Source: Patescibacteria group bacterium (GTDB taxonomy: Bacteria > Patescibacteriota > Patescibacteriia > UBA1558 > GWA2-36-10). From it: a stretch of DNA of 64,000 nucleotides. Below the pieces are notes generated by a model, which made no database searches, was not told the origin of the DNA, and saw nothing but the letters and a program-made list of their open reading frames with translations. A program made the translations under genes and the position numbers. The DNA lies in the NCBI GenBank assembly GCA_041662585.1, contig JBAZSG010000001.1:2381-66380 (forward strand). The letters are read 5' to 3'. Below are positions 28,801 to 38,958 of the stretch, piece by piece (the stretch's first letter is position 1; each line of letters begins with the position of its first letter).

Positions 28801-29264
28801 ATTTCATTGATAGCTGAAATAAAAGTAAGCATTATTACTTGTACCACATCAATAAAAAATCCCACAATGGTCTTGGAAAAATTTATCAAAATAGCCACAA
28901 GTATTGTACGTTTTAAAAGTTGTTGGTAACCATAACTGGAAATTCTCAGTATAGTCGCAAAAGAAATAACCAATAATATTAAAATAAAAAACATATTGGA
29001 CAAATCACGAAGTGCTATCCAACCCAATGTCACGCCTGCTTCATGAGTAAAACCATTGTAACTAGCCACAAGTTTCAAAAGTTCCAATTCCAATTCAAGA
29101 ATCCAAACAAAAGGTTGCATAAAAAATGTCCAGATTACACCACCTACTAGCTGTATAACAGCCTCTACAAGTGCCAAAGATTTCATGGGAGCCAAAGAAA
29201 ACAAACTCAAGGCAAGTACAAAATATTGCCATCTGATAGCTAGTTTATGTTTTTTAAACTTCAT
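25878..29264 (-). CDS. Extended VirB6/TrbL-like polytopic membrane protein
   Basis: N-terminal ~330 aa with many TMs (GWIALRDLSNMFFILILLVISFATIL...LINFS...RIVALWIAIIMAPLAF...W); ~800-aa charged/coiled-coil C-terminus. Confidence 0.72.
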   Translation of the reverse strand: MKFKKHKLAIRWQYFVLALSLFSLAPMKSLALVEAVIQLVGGVIWTFFMQPFVWILELELELLKLVASYNGFTHEAGVTLGWIALRDLSNMFFILILLVISFATILRISSYGYQQLLKRTILVAILINFSKTIVGFFIDVVQVIMLTFISAINEIMSGGVVVAIGLHKFTTINPDAPVTGFGDYVVSMVLGAALVAILVVIVGVMVMMLMMRIVALWIAIIMAPLAFMASIFPATNSFYNTWTKQLGTNLVTGPMLAFFLWLTFSIVGNGNAYSTFMTGGGAQGATEFLDSSNMMNYIIAIALLMMGIKMAAASGAAGASVAAKGMAKIQSTAGHIARRYPKALAMRAGTAIAERMVDDKGKPKKDTLLGKFTGVATKVPFYGGKLQRGAMEMQGRNTARILAEHAEDTKYINPKQKEEFYRTQSSTPDKLKDIPLIGKFLPKAIGESSKVARATQLITSWGGGHDEAKTKAAIIRTDRKEQHDAKQAAEDIEALERINDQPRIDALHARYANTNTDLAAVKKDLNDVGSRKLLDKEADGVLDEDGKTTAGMRNIIRALLEDPNYEGGGIGRDVLNQFKKTRQAESEAFRQEGEEVLVDINNDTEKGADIKYGKKDKDGIRGTAKDKKDLGMLATEVNLETKRQETKHNNKGVLSTNDQNEAIKLFEALLQVYPEQAEALHEAIVGALEQGFNSGEVNFDNDSINHLAKNSFESEKDFEIRKAKTKEAWDKNNEEWQNSDKGKEATDKLYKTRRNLMGHYTNDEIKEEEVKLEEQATELKVKLTNTGLSKEERKGLEEELAYVEKSKLGLRESPVFKVMEEDIIADMEAAILANLGPRPERAKTVQRQEIDEDELDEKVEEAMKAWSPKTQAGFDGTPPESREKAEERVRNEIRERMEKQAEKDHKRDQKKENDRFVFDQANYDKEAEALRKAITSKLKDLNDPNNKNNLRIEELKQDIATEKAKPDPDKKLVSKLLSEQNSLIRLQNTLKRRELGLTNPNNKNLYSRAILKNGTDGSDYSRLEEMDIKHPNTRHLFEELAKVATVDQQRQILQAGNSDQIKLLAQSIVGGGGKLGKVVTDNLADTIRNELYVQMHVQKFMQEIPGITIREAKKKAAAVDKGSLSKIK

Positions 29265-29299
29265 ATTTATATAAGTTATTTAAAAACTATTTTTTAAAT

Positions 29300-32200
29300 T
29301 TATTCATCATAGACAACTATCCAGCCATTGAATGGCATGACTCGATACCAATACCAATTGTCCATCACTGTAATACTAGGTTGATAACATGAAGCATTTG
29401 GTATATTTGGTTTGAGTGGTGTACCAGGAGCTCCTCCAGCAGCACCATTGCAATCATGTTGTCTGCTAGCATCATAGGTATAGTCATGATAAAATATTTT
29501 ATAACCTGGACGACAAGCATCTTCTGTGCCAGCAAAACCCATTTTCTGAATTTCTTTGCCAATGGTTGTTGGATTGGCATCTCCTGGAGCATCTTTTTCA
29601 GGATTACAATATTCAGCTGGTAAAGAATTTTGATATTTACCTGGATTTGGAAGATTGTTGTCAATATCATCCCCCCAATTGGCCGTAATACTGTAAACTG
29701 GCATATGATCTGGATGGGCATGATAAAAGAATTTAACATTTACAAACAATGAGCCATCAAGACCAGTCAAAGTAGCACCTACAGTATTGACATCATTTAC
29801 CGTGATACCTTCTTTTACGCCTACTACATTACCAGCGGCATCTACTGTTTCACATAATGAATCACCACAGGTAGCCAAAATACGTGGTCTATAATCTGGA
29901 CCAGCATAAGGATTGGAATGATTACCAGCATTTAACTCAGGGGCATCAAGATATTGATAAGTACTAGAAGCGGCTATCCATTCAAAATTGTAAACTCTAA
30001 AAAATATACCTTTCATTTCCAATTGAGCAGCATTTAAAGCCTCGTCCAAAGTATTTACCAATGGATCGTAATTTCCAAAAAAAGTACCAGCAGTAATATT
30101 ATCATTACTTACTTTATAGTAAGGTACCCTAGTAGCCACCACTCTATTTTTAATAAAAGTATCTAAACCAGCACCAAAATGTGAAAAATTGGCTGGATAA
30201 CCGGAATCACTTGGATAACCAGTCAAACCAGATATCTGATTATACAACACTTCATCATCTATAGCATTTGGGTTGGAAGCGATATAACCATTTGTTGAAT
30301 TCCAATACCAAGAAGACCAAGGTGGCACTACAACTCTTTTGCCATCTTCTTTGTTTCTCCACCAAATATCAGTACGTAAAGCTGATTTCAATCCTTCACT
30401 GTCTAGCTGAGTAACTACACGACACTGTTGATAACAATCTAGAGAATTAATAACATCACAATTAATCCCTATGCTTATACTAGCATGTGTTATTGGAGAA
30501 TCTACTAAACTACAAGATTTACAAAATTTTTCTAAACCAGCTTCATCAACCTCCGTACCCCCTCCAAATGATCGTCTTGTAAAATTATCTTCATTATCAG
30601 TAAGGCACTTATCATAGACACTGGCATCATATATCCCCGCTGGTCCAAATGTATCATTGATATCACCAGCAACTATCCTAGCTGTAGCTGGATCATCATC
30701 ATGATCTTTGTTACTAAAACAAGCTATTGATTCAGCATACATTGCTTGACTAGATATATAACCATATAGATTAATTGGATCGTCTATATACTGAAAACAA
30801 TTATCGTAAAGACTACAAAAATGTGATTCATTTTGATTGCTAATAGTCAAACTTTCTATACAATCTACAAATAAACAATCGTTAACATTTTCGCTTGCCT
30901 GACATGTGGCTAAAGCAAAACCATTGGCTGCTGTAGCACTTGGATAGGAAGCTAAAATGCCAGAGTAAGTAGGTGATAAATTATCATCCTGCAAACAACC
31001 ACGACCATGATTGTAATCAAAGACAGAAACATTTATAAATTTGCAATCATCAGCACAACTACCTACATAACTTGGCTCTACTGGCTCAAATGTTTGTGGA
31101 CCACTATTTAAATCAACATAATAATTTTGACGGTACGGGTTATAATATGCTACTGTGTGTCTCCACTTATGCGTACCACACCAACCTCCCTTTTTACAAT
31201 ATTGATAAACAAGATGACCGTCATCATAAGCTATTGGTGCCGGACAATTACCACAGTCACTACTTGTAAGTCGCACTGTTGCATCTGGGATATTGACAAA
31301 AGCCGAACCACCGCTAGCTCCACTTGGTGCAACACCATCATCAAAATAAAAACGATGGATACCTGGACTAGCCAAATGCGTAGTATCAAACATAGTGTCA
31401 ATTATACCTACAAAATCCAATGTTGTTGGATAAACATTATTAAAATATGAAAATCTATCAAATTTTGAACCATAACCTTCGTAGGGAGTCAAAATAAGAT
31501 CTCTACCAACATTATTATCAGCGGCTGCCCAGATTGAAAAATCTTTGTCTTTTTCTATCCAAGTTCCTTCATCTAATAAATCACTATAATTAGCTGCTAC
31601 TTCAAGATTTATTTTAGAGCCAGCCGGGACTCTCATCAAAAGATTACACTGTCCTTCTTCGCTAGCTCGGTCAAAACGACCACAATAGTATCTATCTTTA
31701 GTAGTTACATATGGTTCGGATACTGCACAAAACAAAGCATCATATCCAGATGGTTCAAAATAACCAGCGGCTCTATAATTGTCATAAAGACTAGCTGTTC
31801 CTTGAATTTTTTGAGCTGGATACCATTGGTTACAATAATATGAACTTTCTATATCTTTTACTACTGACCGGCTAAGATCATGTTCCAAACAAATACCTGG
31901 CCAATTTTGATAGGTTATTTCTTCAGTTTTAAGGGCACAAAAACCATCATTTCTAGAGGTATTATCTGGATTTCTAGAATCACAATCTGAATTTTCTTCA
32001 CAAAAATTTGGATCCAATTTTTCCTGAGTATTAGGATCAACTCCAATAAGTTTTCCTGAAGTACAAATACCTTTTGGTATAGCATCACTATCTATATTGG
32101 CTGGATAATAGAAAGTTTTTTGACCAGCCCCATAAGTGACTTTTTTAAAGGAGTCTTCACAAGAATTTGGATTATCTAGGTCACTATTACAAATATTACC

Positions 32201-35200
32201 TTGATCATATTTGGATAATCTTTGTATGCCATCTGGCTCTATAGCAGCTGGAAAAGGTGCGTCAGCTACAGAATAAGCTCTGGTCTCTAAAGCAAAAGTA
32301 CTGGTAGTATTTTCATTGACTTTTGGGCTAACCCAACAAACTCGCTGTTGACATTCCCCCCTGAAAGTATAGGCTCCTTCTGTATTGATAACAGCTGTAC
32401 AAGATTGACCATCTAAAGAATTTCCAAACTCGTCAACACAAGCTTCATAATAACTACCCTCGTTGTCGGCACTATCAGTAACATCATAAACCAAGCGCTT
32501 GCCTTCTTTACCAGCTTCTCCAAAATCATAAACCAACAGATCACTAACTGGTAAAGTGTTTGGGATTGAATAACCAGTATACTCTTTGTCGCTCCAAGAA
32601 ATATGATTTTTTAAACCTGTATCACGAGATTGATATTTTTCAATAGTAAGAGCTTCTATGTCTTCGTCATAAGATCCCCATTTTTTACATTTGGTAGTAT
32701 TGCTGTCTGGATTATACTGAAATTCTAAACAAGTATCCAAATCATCACAAATTATTTTGTAATTACCGTCAGCATCTTTAACGGCCGTTGAAGATTTACA
32801 AGCCAACCACTCAGAACATTGTCTGTCTTTGTTTACTTTTATCAGTCTGTTGGCATTTAAATTGCAAGTAGGATCAAAACTAGGATCACAAGTCACTGGA
32901 CTATTGGCTTTGTTGTCTACTTCTACATTTTCATAAGTTTCATCTGCATCATACACAGTGCCAACTTGACTATGCTCTCCGTTCCAATTGTTGGCATCAT
33001 AAAACAACACACAACCATTTTGCCTATCTACTAGACCATTACAAGATGTTTCGTCAATATTATCTTTGTCATAATAGTAATAATCTTTACAATATGCTGT
33101 CCATGACCAACCAGCATTAGTACAATCTCGTTCATTGTTAAATATATCTGACGCACAATAACCATCACGACTAGGGAAAACCCAAGTCTGTCCTGGATTG
33201 GCCTGACAATTTACTTGATTTACGGAAATTTTATTTTTGGATATATTATCAATACAAAAACCATCATAATCTATAAAATCTATATTTCTTCCCTTTGGAT
33301 CACAGCCTATTGGATCAACTGGATCTTTAAATGAAGTACACAAATCTTCACTAGCTGGACATTGAGCTGCTTTTAAATAATTGTTCCAATAAGGAGTGGT
33401 CCAAGTATAAGCGGCATTGGCCTCACAATCCGCTTGGTTTTCAAATACTTGATTTTGACTTACATTTTCTATACATATATTGGTTGATTCGCAATCATCT
33501 TTGGTAAACAAAGGTAGTTGTATAGGATTTGTAGCTGAAACACTACAATAATCTCTAGGCAATATCAATTCTTCTACATCATACAAACCGTCACCATTGC
33601 TATCAGGATTATTGTCTGTATCTATACAACCAAGCGGTATCTCGTCACCCAAAGAAGTGGTTTTGAACCAGCCTGATAATAGACTATTGCCATCTACCAA
33701 AACATTTTGTTGATAAGTACACGTATTTAATCCTGGATCTTTGAGATAAAAAATACCTTTGGCTGTGTTGTATTCAGAACAACCCAGACCCTCTGAACTA
33801 CACAATATAGCACTATATTTATCTGGGTCATTTATTTTATAAACTGTATCAAATTTTGTATTATCCAATCTATCTGGTAAACCAAGCTCTGTACAACCCT
33901 TGAGATCTTTGGAACAATAATTGTTTGGATCTGGTACTAGATAAGTAAGGCTATCAGCAGCTACAATAGTCTCTGCATAGTCACCAGCATTAAATGTTTC
34001 GGCAAAAGGATTGCTAGAATTGTGTGTATCTATAGCTGGCATACAACCAATCACTTCTTCTCGACACAAATGATCAAAAGATTTCAAATCAAAGTCTTGA
34101 CCATTCAAATCTCGATATGACTGACAACCCAAGTGATAACCAGTATAAGGAGTATCACAAGACAATGGTGTATTCCAAGAATTTCTAATAACAGAGAAAT
34201 TATTGGCTACTTCCTTGATTATAAAATTGTCTATATACAATCCCTGATCAGGCAAAGGAGAACTGGTATCAAGTTGAAATTCTAATTGATTAATCTTGCC
34301 TATAACTAATGAATCTAGATTATCTAAATAAGTAGAAGTTTTATAATAATGCCAACGACCTGGCTCAATATTTTGAAAAGTACTATCTATAGCTGGATCA
34401 ACAAAAGCTTTTATGAGTGTGTGTCCCTCTGTATCACTACCCCATAAGTTTAAAGAAAAAGTATCAACCACCGCATCACTCTTCATCCACCAACTTATGG
34501 TATATTCTTTATTATTTTGTAATAACACATCCAACACATCTCTGACAAACAAACGTCCTGTTTCGGCTCGCAAAGAATGTCCGTTGTTATTTAAAGACTC
34601 GTTGGACAAATCTAGGCTACCAGCCCCCGCTGGACGCCAAGGAGAGTAAGTGCCATTTTCAAAATTATCACTTAAGACCAAGCGCACATTATTGGCATTA
34701 TTGCCATTATAGGCACTGCAACCATTGTTGGCTTCGGCACAATGTATACTTTCTTCTGGTACTGCTTTATATATTTGATCAGTAGCTGTCCGACGATAAT
34801 CATGACAATTGTCTGTAGCAAAAATCACTCTATCTTGGAATCTATAATGAGCATCACCATCCACATCAAAAAATTCTCTACAATTTGGATCATTTTCAGG
34901 ATCATCACTAATATCTGCTGTATCTGCTCCACAAGCCGCTACTTCATGCTCTTCACTAATACCATTGTCTGTAAAAGCTACATCCAAACAAGTACTACCA
35001 GCCGTATTCATATTGGTACATGGCGCATCACTTAAATTACTACTGAGTGAATACCAAGTTTTGATTTGATAGCCAGCTACTTCTGTACCTTCCCAAGTAT
35101 AGTAAACCGTGCCCAAAGATTCCTCTACGCATTGTCTGAGATAAGTAAAATATTCTTTACCTTCTCCGCCCTGAGCCACCACATCAAGATTGGTAAATTC

Positions 35201-38065
35201 TTCACAGCCCACTTCTTGAACAGGACATTGTGTAGCAGTATCATTTATAAAATTATAATATTTAGCTGAATTGTTGCCTTCTATAATATCAAAAATATTT
35301 AGCTGTTCGGCAAAAGTATCATAGCCCACGCATTCAGCTGGACATAAGTCACCTTGGGTGATGACTGCTGGAATCATTGGGTCGCCATTGTCTGGAAGAT
35401 ATCCCTGACAGCCGACTTCATCAGCTGAGCACATCACTTTGCCACTATCCATATATATTTTTGCTCCTTGACCATAATCAGAATAATCACTAAGAGTCGT
35501 ATCATCTAAAGAAGCTATCACCTCTAACTTGAGATTATCAAACCAGTTTGCCGCTGTAAGAGAATTATTGCTAAGAACCGCTACTTTGCCAAAAGCAGCT
35601 CTACCATTGGTCATAAATGTACAAGACCTTCTTTCCATATCAATGCTAGCTGGAAAGAAATTGGCTATAGCTACCATATTGGGATTTCCGCCTGAAGTTA
35701 AATCACAAGTACCGGCAGTAGCAGCTGCCTGGGAAGTGGTATTGGCACAGTTGCCATTATCATCACACATTTGTAAGGCTATACGAGCCTCATCATTTCT
35801 AGTATCGTCATATTGAGCCGCCTCACCAGACAACCTATACATAGTATTTGGTCGTAAAGTCACCTGTATATCCACTGCCTCTCTAGTTGGATAACCCTGG
35901 GCAGCAGTACCAAAAGAATAACCATTGGGTAGCCTATTACCATCATAATCCAAAGGCACATTATTTATATTATTAGCTCCCGTCGGATCATCAATACCAT
36001 CTCCCTTCCAACCATCGGGAAAATTGTCTCCATTTAAATCATCAAAACTACCATTGGGTATTAGATTGGCTCCTGTATTGGGTGCTAAAACAATATATTC
36101 CGAGCAACCAGCAGCATCAGCTTTACAATCTACGGCTTGATTGTTTAAAAATAAATCATTGACATCGTTGGCTATCTCTCCCAAAATCCAATCTCCAGTT
36201 CCATCCTTATCTCGAGAATAACGACTACAACCAGCTTGATTGGCACTACAATATTCTAAAGTATCTTGAATATAAGAATTGTTGCCAAAATCTTTATTGA
36301 CAAAAGTAAGACAACCAGCATATATCTCACCAGCTGCACAAGCTTGATCTGAAAAATTCCAAGTATTTTCACTACGAGTACAATAATTAAACTGATCATC
36401 CAAACAATTACCCTCAGCATCTTCAATTAAACATATTTTTGGATCAGCACAATATTTTTGACGAGTACTGCTATCTGGTGATTCCAACAACGAAGAAAAA
36501 GCATAGGCTTCACAGCGTACATCTGGTGCTTTTAAGACCCAATTTGGATCCACCAAATGATAAAATGGATTATGATCATTACCATCTACAGCAAAAGAGG
36601 CTGAACGATCAAAATCACAATTTGATTCACTTTCCTCAAAACAATCAATAGCTTGTTGCAAACTCACTGGTGCTCTGAGTGCCGCCAACTCCCAGCCAAC
36701 TGGAATAATATTGGCTTTTCTTAATTTGACCAAATTAGAATAGCAAAGCCCATCTCGATAACATTTATCAACTGTATGATTAATGGCATCATTGGCATTT
36801 ACAAATTTTGTATCACCCTTGATCATGCCTTTATCAATGGCTTGCTGAATAGTTATTTTACTATTTACGGCTTGTAAAAAAGCTGGACTCATCACACAAT
36901 TTTCTGGACCTCTAAACTCATTTGTACAAATAGCAAAATCATTGATATAATCAAAATCTTCTATTGATTCAACACTAACTGTTTTAAAACCTTTAAAAAT
37001 GTCTTTGCCTCTTGGTTGTCGAGTATCAGAACCACCTCTTAATTTATCCAGTAAAGTAGCTCTAGTATTTTGATAAAGATCATCATCCTCGCCATTGCCA
37101 AATAAAGACCACATACCTTTCTTGATCCAACCACTCATCAGCTTGGAAGTAAAAGTATTGACAAATCTATTACCAGCGTCTTTTAAAATTTGAGATAAAT
37201 TTTTTTGCGTAGCCGCTTCTCTGGCTGCTATTTTTTTGTCTTCTTCTGCTTTGGTAGCATTGGTAAATAAATCTCTAGCCAAACCATAAGTGACTACACA
37301 ATGAGTAATGACTTCTTCTGAAACAGTAGTTTTTTTATCTTTAAAACCTTGACATTCTGCAGCCGAAATTTGTTCAATTTGCAAAGCTACTTGTTTTCTA
37401 CGATTTATTTCAGCGGCCAATTCCATAGCTATACCCACATCTGAGCCTTTTTTGGAGACTATACCATCAAAAAAATCAGATGTACTAGTAACACCACTTC
37501 TTCTGGTATCCAGTTGAAATTTTACAATATTGGCTTGCATAGTATCTCCAAAGTCTACCCAGTTTTTTCTCAAAGTACTCCAAGTACATTTTGATGCAGC
37601 TGTCTTTTTTGGTGGAGCATCTTCATCAAGTAAATTTAAAGTCAAAGAAAGTTTCAATTCTACTGAAGGATCACAAAGATCAATGCCTAGTTGATCAAAA
37701 CCCTTACTGGTTAAATCACCAACAAATTCACCCAAAGCTTTGTCGCCAGCATTCTCCAAAGTCTTTTTTAAAGACACTGTTCTAAACATAGGTTTGCCAC
37801 CAGTGGCACCAGCAGCCAATTCACTAGCTACATCATAAGCCAAATTATCTAAATATTGATCAATAGCTTTTTTGGAAAGTTGGTCTGAGATTGATTCTTT
37901 AGTAACTTCATAAACATCCTTAATTCTTTCCCAGATAAATTTTACTACTGTTGTTGGACCTCCAATAATATCAGAAAAAGCATTGGCTGGCCGTGGAACA
38001 AATATTGCTCCAAAAACAAAAACGGCTAGGCAAAGGGTAAAAATAACTTTTTTGTAATTAGTCAT
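29300..38065 (-). CDS. Giant (2921 aa) secreted Cys-rich repeat protein
   Basis: Signal peptide (PRPANA-F); eight C-x5-GC repeats; two carbohydrate-binding-module-like starts (NLIPNGSFD, LSDNFENG); C-terminal PKD-like segment (ITANWGDD...YHDYTY...SITVMDNW). Confidence 0.85.
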   Translation of the reverse strand: MTNYKKVIFTLCLAVFVFGAIFVPRPANAFSDIIGGPTTVVKFIWERIKDVYEVTKESISDQLSKKAIDQYLDNLAYDVASELAAGATGGKPMFRTVSLKKTLENAGDKALGEFVGDLTSKGFDQLGIDLCDPSVELKLSLTLNLLDEDAPPKKTAASKCTWSTLRKNWVDFGDTMQANIVKFQLDTRRSGVTSTSDFFDGIVSKKGSDVGIAMELAAEINRRKQVALQIEQISAAECQGFKDKKTTVSEEVITHCVVTYGLARDLFTNATKAEEDKKIAAREAATQKNLSQILKDAGNRFVNTFTSKLMSGWIKKGMWSLFGNGEDDDLYQNTRATLLDKLRGGSDTRQPRGKDIFKGFKTVSVESIEDFDYINDFAICTNEFRGPENCVMSPAFLQAVNSKITIQQAIDKGMIKGDTKFVNANDAINHTVDKCYRDGLCYSNLVKLRKANIIPVGWELAALRAPVSLQQAIDCFEESESNCDFDRSASFAVDGNDHNPFYHLVDPNWVLKAPDVRCEAYAFSSLLESPDSSTRQKYCADPKICLIEDAEGNCLDDQFNYCTRSENTWNFSDQACAAGEIYAGCLTFVNKDFGNNSYIQDTLEYCSANQAGCSRYSRDKDGTGDWILGEIANDVNDLFLNNQAVDCKADAAGCSEYIVLAPNTGANLIPNGSFDDLNGDNFPDGWKGDGIDDPTGANNINNVPLDYDGNRLPNGYSFGTAAQGYPTREAVDIQVTLRPNTMYRLSGEAAQYDDTRNDEARIALQMCDDNGNCANTTSQAAATAGTCDLTSGGNPNMVAIANFFPASIDMERRSCTFMTNGRAAFGKVAVLSNNSLTAANWFDNLKLEVIASLDDTTLSDYSDYGQGAKIYMDSGKVMCSADEVGCQGYLPDNGDPMIPAVITQGDLCPAECVGYDTFAEQLNIFDIIEGNNSAKYYNFINDTATQCPVQEVGCEEFTNLDVVAQGGEGKEYFTYLRQCVEESLGTVYYTWEGTEVAGYQIKTWYSLSSNLSDAPCTNMNTAGSTCLDVAFTDNGISEEHEVAACGADTADISDDPENDPNCREFFDVDGDAHYRFQDRVIFATDNCHDYRRTATDQIYKAVPEESIHCAEANNGCSAYNGNNANNVRLVLSDNFENGTYSPWRPAGAGSLDLSNESLNNNGHSLRAETGRLFVRDVLDVLLQNNKEYTISWWMKSDAVVDTFSLNLWGSDTEGHTLIKAFVDPAIDSTFQNIEPGRWHYYKTSTYLDNLDSLVIGKINQLEFQLDTSSPLPDQGLYIDNFIIKEVANNFSVIRNSWNTPLSCDTPYTGYHLGCQSYRDLNGQDFDLKSFDHLCREEVIGCMPAIDTHNSSNPFAETFNAGDYAETIVAADSLTYLVPDPNNYCSKDLKGCTELGLPDRLDNTKFDTVYKINDPDKYSAILCSSEGLGCSEYNTAKGIFYLKDPGLNTCTYQQNVLVDGNSLLSGWFKTTSLGDEIPLGCIDTDNNPDSNGDGLYDVEELILPRDYCSVSATNPIQLPLFTKDDCESTNICIENVSQNQVFENQADCEANAAYTWTTPYWNNYLKAAQCPASEDLCTSFKDPVDPIGCDPKGRNIDFIDYDGFCIDNISKNKISVNQVNCQANPGQTWVFPSRDGYCASDIFNNERDCTNAGWSWTAYCKDYYYYDKDNIDETSCNGLVDRQNGCVLFYDANNWNGEHSQVGTVYDADETYENVEVDNKANSPVTCDPSFDPTCNLNANRLIKVNKDRQCSEWLACKSSTAVKDADGNYKIICDDLDTCLEFQYNPDSNTTKCKKWGSYDEDIEALTIEKYQSRDTGLKNHISWSDKEYTGYSIPNTLPVSDLLVYDFGEAGKEGKRLVYDVTDSADNEGSYYEACVDEFGNSLDGQSCTAVINTEGAYTFRGECQQRVCWVSPKVNENTTSTFALETRAYSVADAPFPAAIEPDGIQRLSKYDQGNICNSDLDNPNSCEDSFKKVTYGAGQKTFYYPANIDSDAIPKGICTSGKLIGVDPNTQEKLDPNFCEENSDCDSRNPDNTSRNDGFCALKTEEITYQNWPGICLEHDLSRSVVKDIESSYYCNQWYPAQKIQGTASLYDNYRAAGYFEPSGYDALFCAVSEPYVTTKDRYYCGRFDRASEEGQCNLLMRVPAGSKINLEVAANYSDLLDEGTWIEKDKDFSIWAAADNNVGRDLILTPYEGYGSKFDRFSYFNNVYPTTLDFVGIIDTMFDTTHLASPGIHRFYFDDGVAPSGASGGSAFVNIPDATVRLTSSDCGNCPAPIAYDDGHLVYQYCKKGGWCGTHKWRHTVAYYNPYRQNYYVDLNSGPQTFEPVEPSYVGSCADDCKFINVSVFDYNHGRGCLQDDNLSPTYSGILASYPSATAANGFALATCQASENVNDCLFVDCIESLTISNQNESHFCSLYDNCFQYIDDPINLYGYISSQAMYAESIACFSNKDHDDDPATARIVAGDINDTFGPAGIYDASVYDKCLTDNEDNFTRRSFGGGTEVDEAGLEKFCKSCSLVDSPITHASISIGINCDVINSLDCYQQCRVVTQLDSEGLKSALRTDIWWRNKEDGKRVVVPPWSSWYWNSTNGYIASNPNAIDDEVLYNQISGLTGYPSDSGYPANFSHFGAGLDTFIKNRVVATRVPYYKVSNDNITAGTFFGNYDPLVNTLDEALNAAQLEMKGIFFRVYNFEWIAASSTYQYLDAPELNAGNHSNPYAGPDYRPRILATCGDSLCETVDAAGNVVGVKEGITVNDVNTVGATLTGLDGSLFVNVKFFYHAHPDHMPVYSITANWGDDIDNNLPNPGKYQNSLPAEYCNPEKDAPGDANPTTIGKEIQKMGFAGTEDACRPGYKIFYHDYTYDASRQHDCNGAAGGAPGTPLKPNIPNASCYQPSITVMDNWYWYRVMPFNGWIVVYDE

Positions 38066-38081
38066 ATGATATATTAGCTTT

Positions 38082-38870
38082 TTATTGTTTTGTTAAGTCT
38101 TCAGCAACCATCATCAATTCTTCATCTGACATAGCATTTATTTCTGCCGTATCAATGCCTGGTAATAATAATAAAAACTCTCTAATTTGATCTGGAGTAG
38201 TGCTAGCATTTAGCTGAGTATTATCCAAAATAGCACTCTCATCTACTATTCTAAAAATAGTCAAAAGATCTTGATCACTTAAAGCATCTAAGTCTTCTTT
38301 TGCCATACCATTGGCTTCCAAAAACTTCCTAAATTCTACCACGGCTGCTTGTTGAATAGTGAGGTTAGGATCAAGAGTAATATCTTCAATAATACTAGAT
38401 AATTTTGTATTGGGAGTGATAAGCCTTAATAAATTACATGACTCACCAATGGGACAAATAGGATCTTCGCCTAGGCCCACTTCTTCAGCATCTGTAAAAC
38501 CATCACTATCTGTATCTGGCAAAAATATACTAGTATAATATTGATAAATTTCTTGATAATCTGTAAGACCATCTTGATCTGTGTCACTCTCTTTTAGTTG
38601 AGCAATAGTCCTAGCCACTTGTTCTTCTGTATCCAATTGATTTTGTAAAAACTCAGGCACTTCATATTTTAAGGGATCAAATATATTACTATAAAATCTA
38701 AATCCAGCTAAAACCAATATAAACATCCCCAAAATTAAAAAAGACCAAAATTTTATGTAGCGATGGCTTTGTGAATTTTTATAATCATCATTAGCTATAT
38801 AATTATGACTAACTAGAGCATCTTGCTCTAGTGTTTCCAAATCATTATTTTTATCAAATTTTTCAATCAT
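38082..38870 (-). CDS. Membrane-anchored protein with TSP3-like Ca-binding repeats (start probably ATG 38870)
   Basis: One TM; DTDQDGLTDYQE...DTDSDGFTDAEE; the promoter at 38892-38900 lies inside the longer ORF-track call, which favours the later start. Confidence 0.8.
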   Translation of the reverse strand: MIEKFDKNNDLETLEQDALVSHNYIANDDYKNSQSHRYIKFWSFLILGMFILVLAGFRFYSNIFDPLKYEVPEFLQNQLDTEEQVARTIAQLKESDTDQDGLTDYQEIYQYYTSIFLPDTDSDGFTDAEEVGLGEDPICPIGESCNLLRLITPNTKLSSIIEDITLDPNLTIQQAAVVEFRKFLEANGMAKEDLDALSDQDLLTIFRIVDESAILDNTQLNASTTPDQIREFLLLLPGIDTAEINAMSDEELMMVAEDLTKQ

Positions 38871-38891
38871 TGAGTTTATTAATGTGTATAT

Positions 38892-38900
38892 ATTATAACA
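38892..38900 (-). promoter_or_regulatory. Extended -10 promoter TGTTATAAT of the giant-protein operon
   Basis: Perfect TGnTATAAT about 21 nt upstream of ATG 38870. Confidence 0.6.
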
Positions 38901-38958
38901 CAAAATTATAAAATACCCAAAGGATAAAAAATCCTGATCAGCTTATATTCAATAATTT

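Noticed and set aside
13589-38870. Integrative conjugative element
   Set aside because: No integrase, relaxase or flanking direct repeats, and the genes are interleaved with essential ribosomal genes
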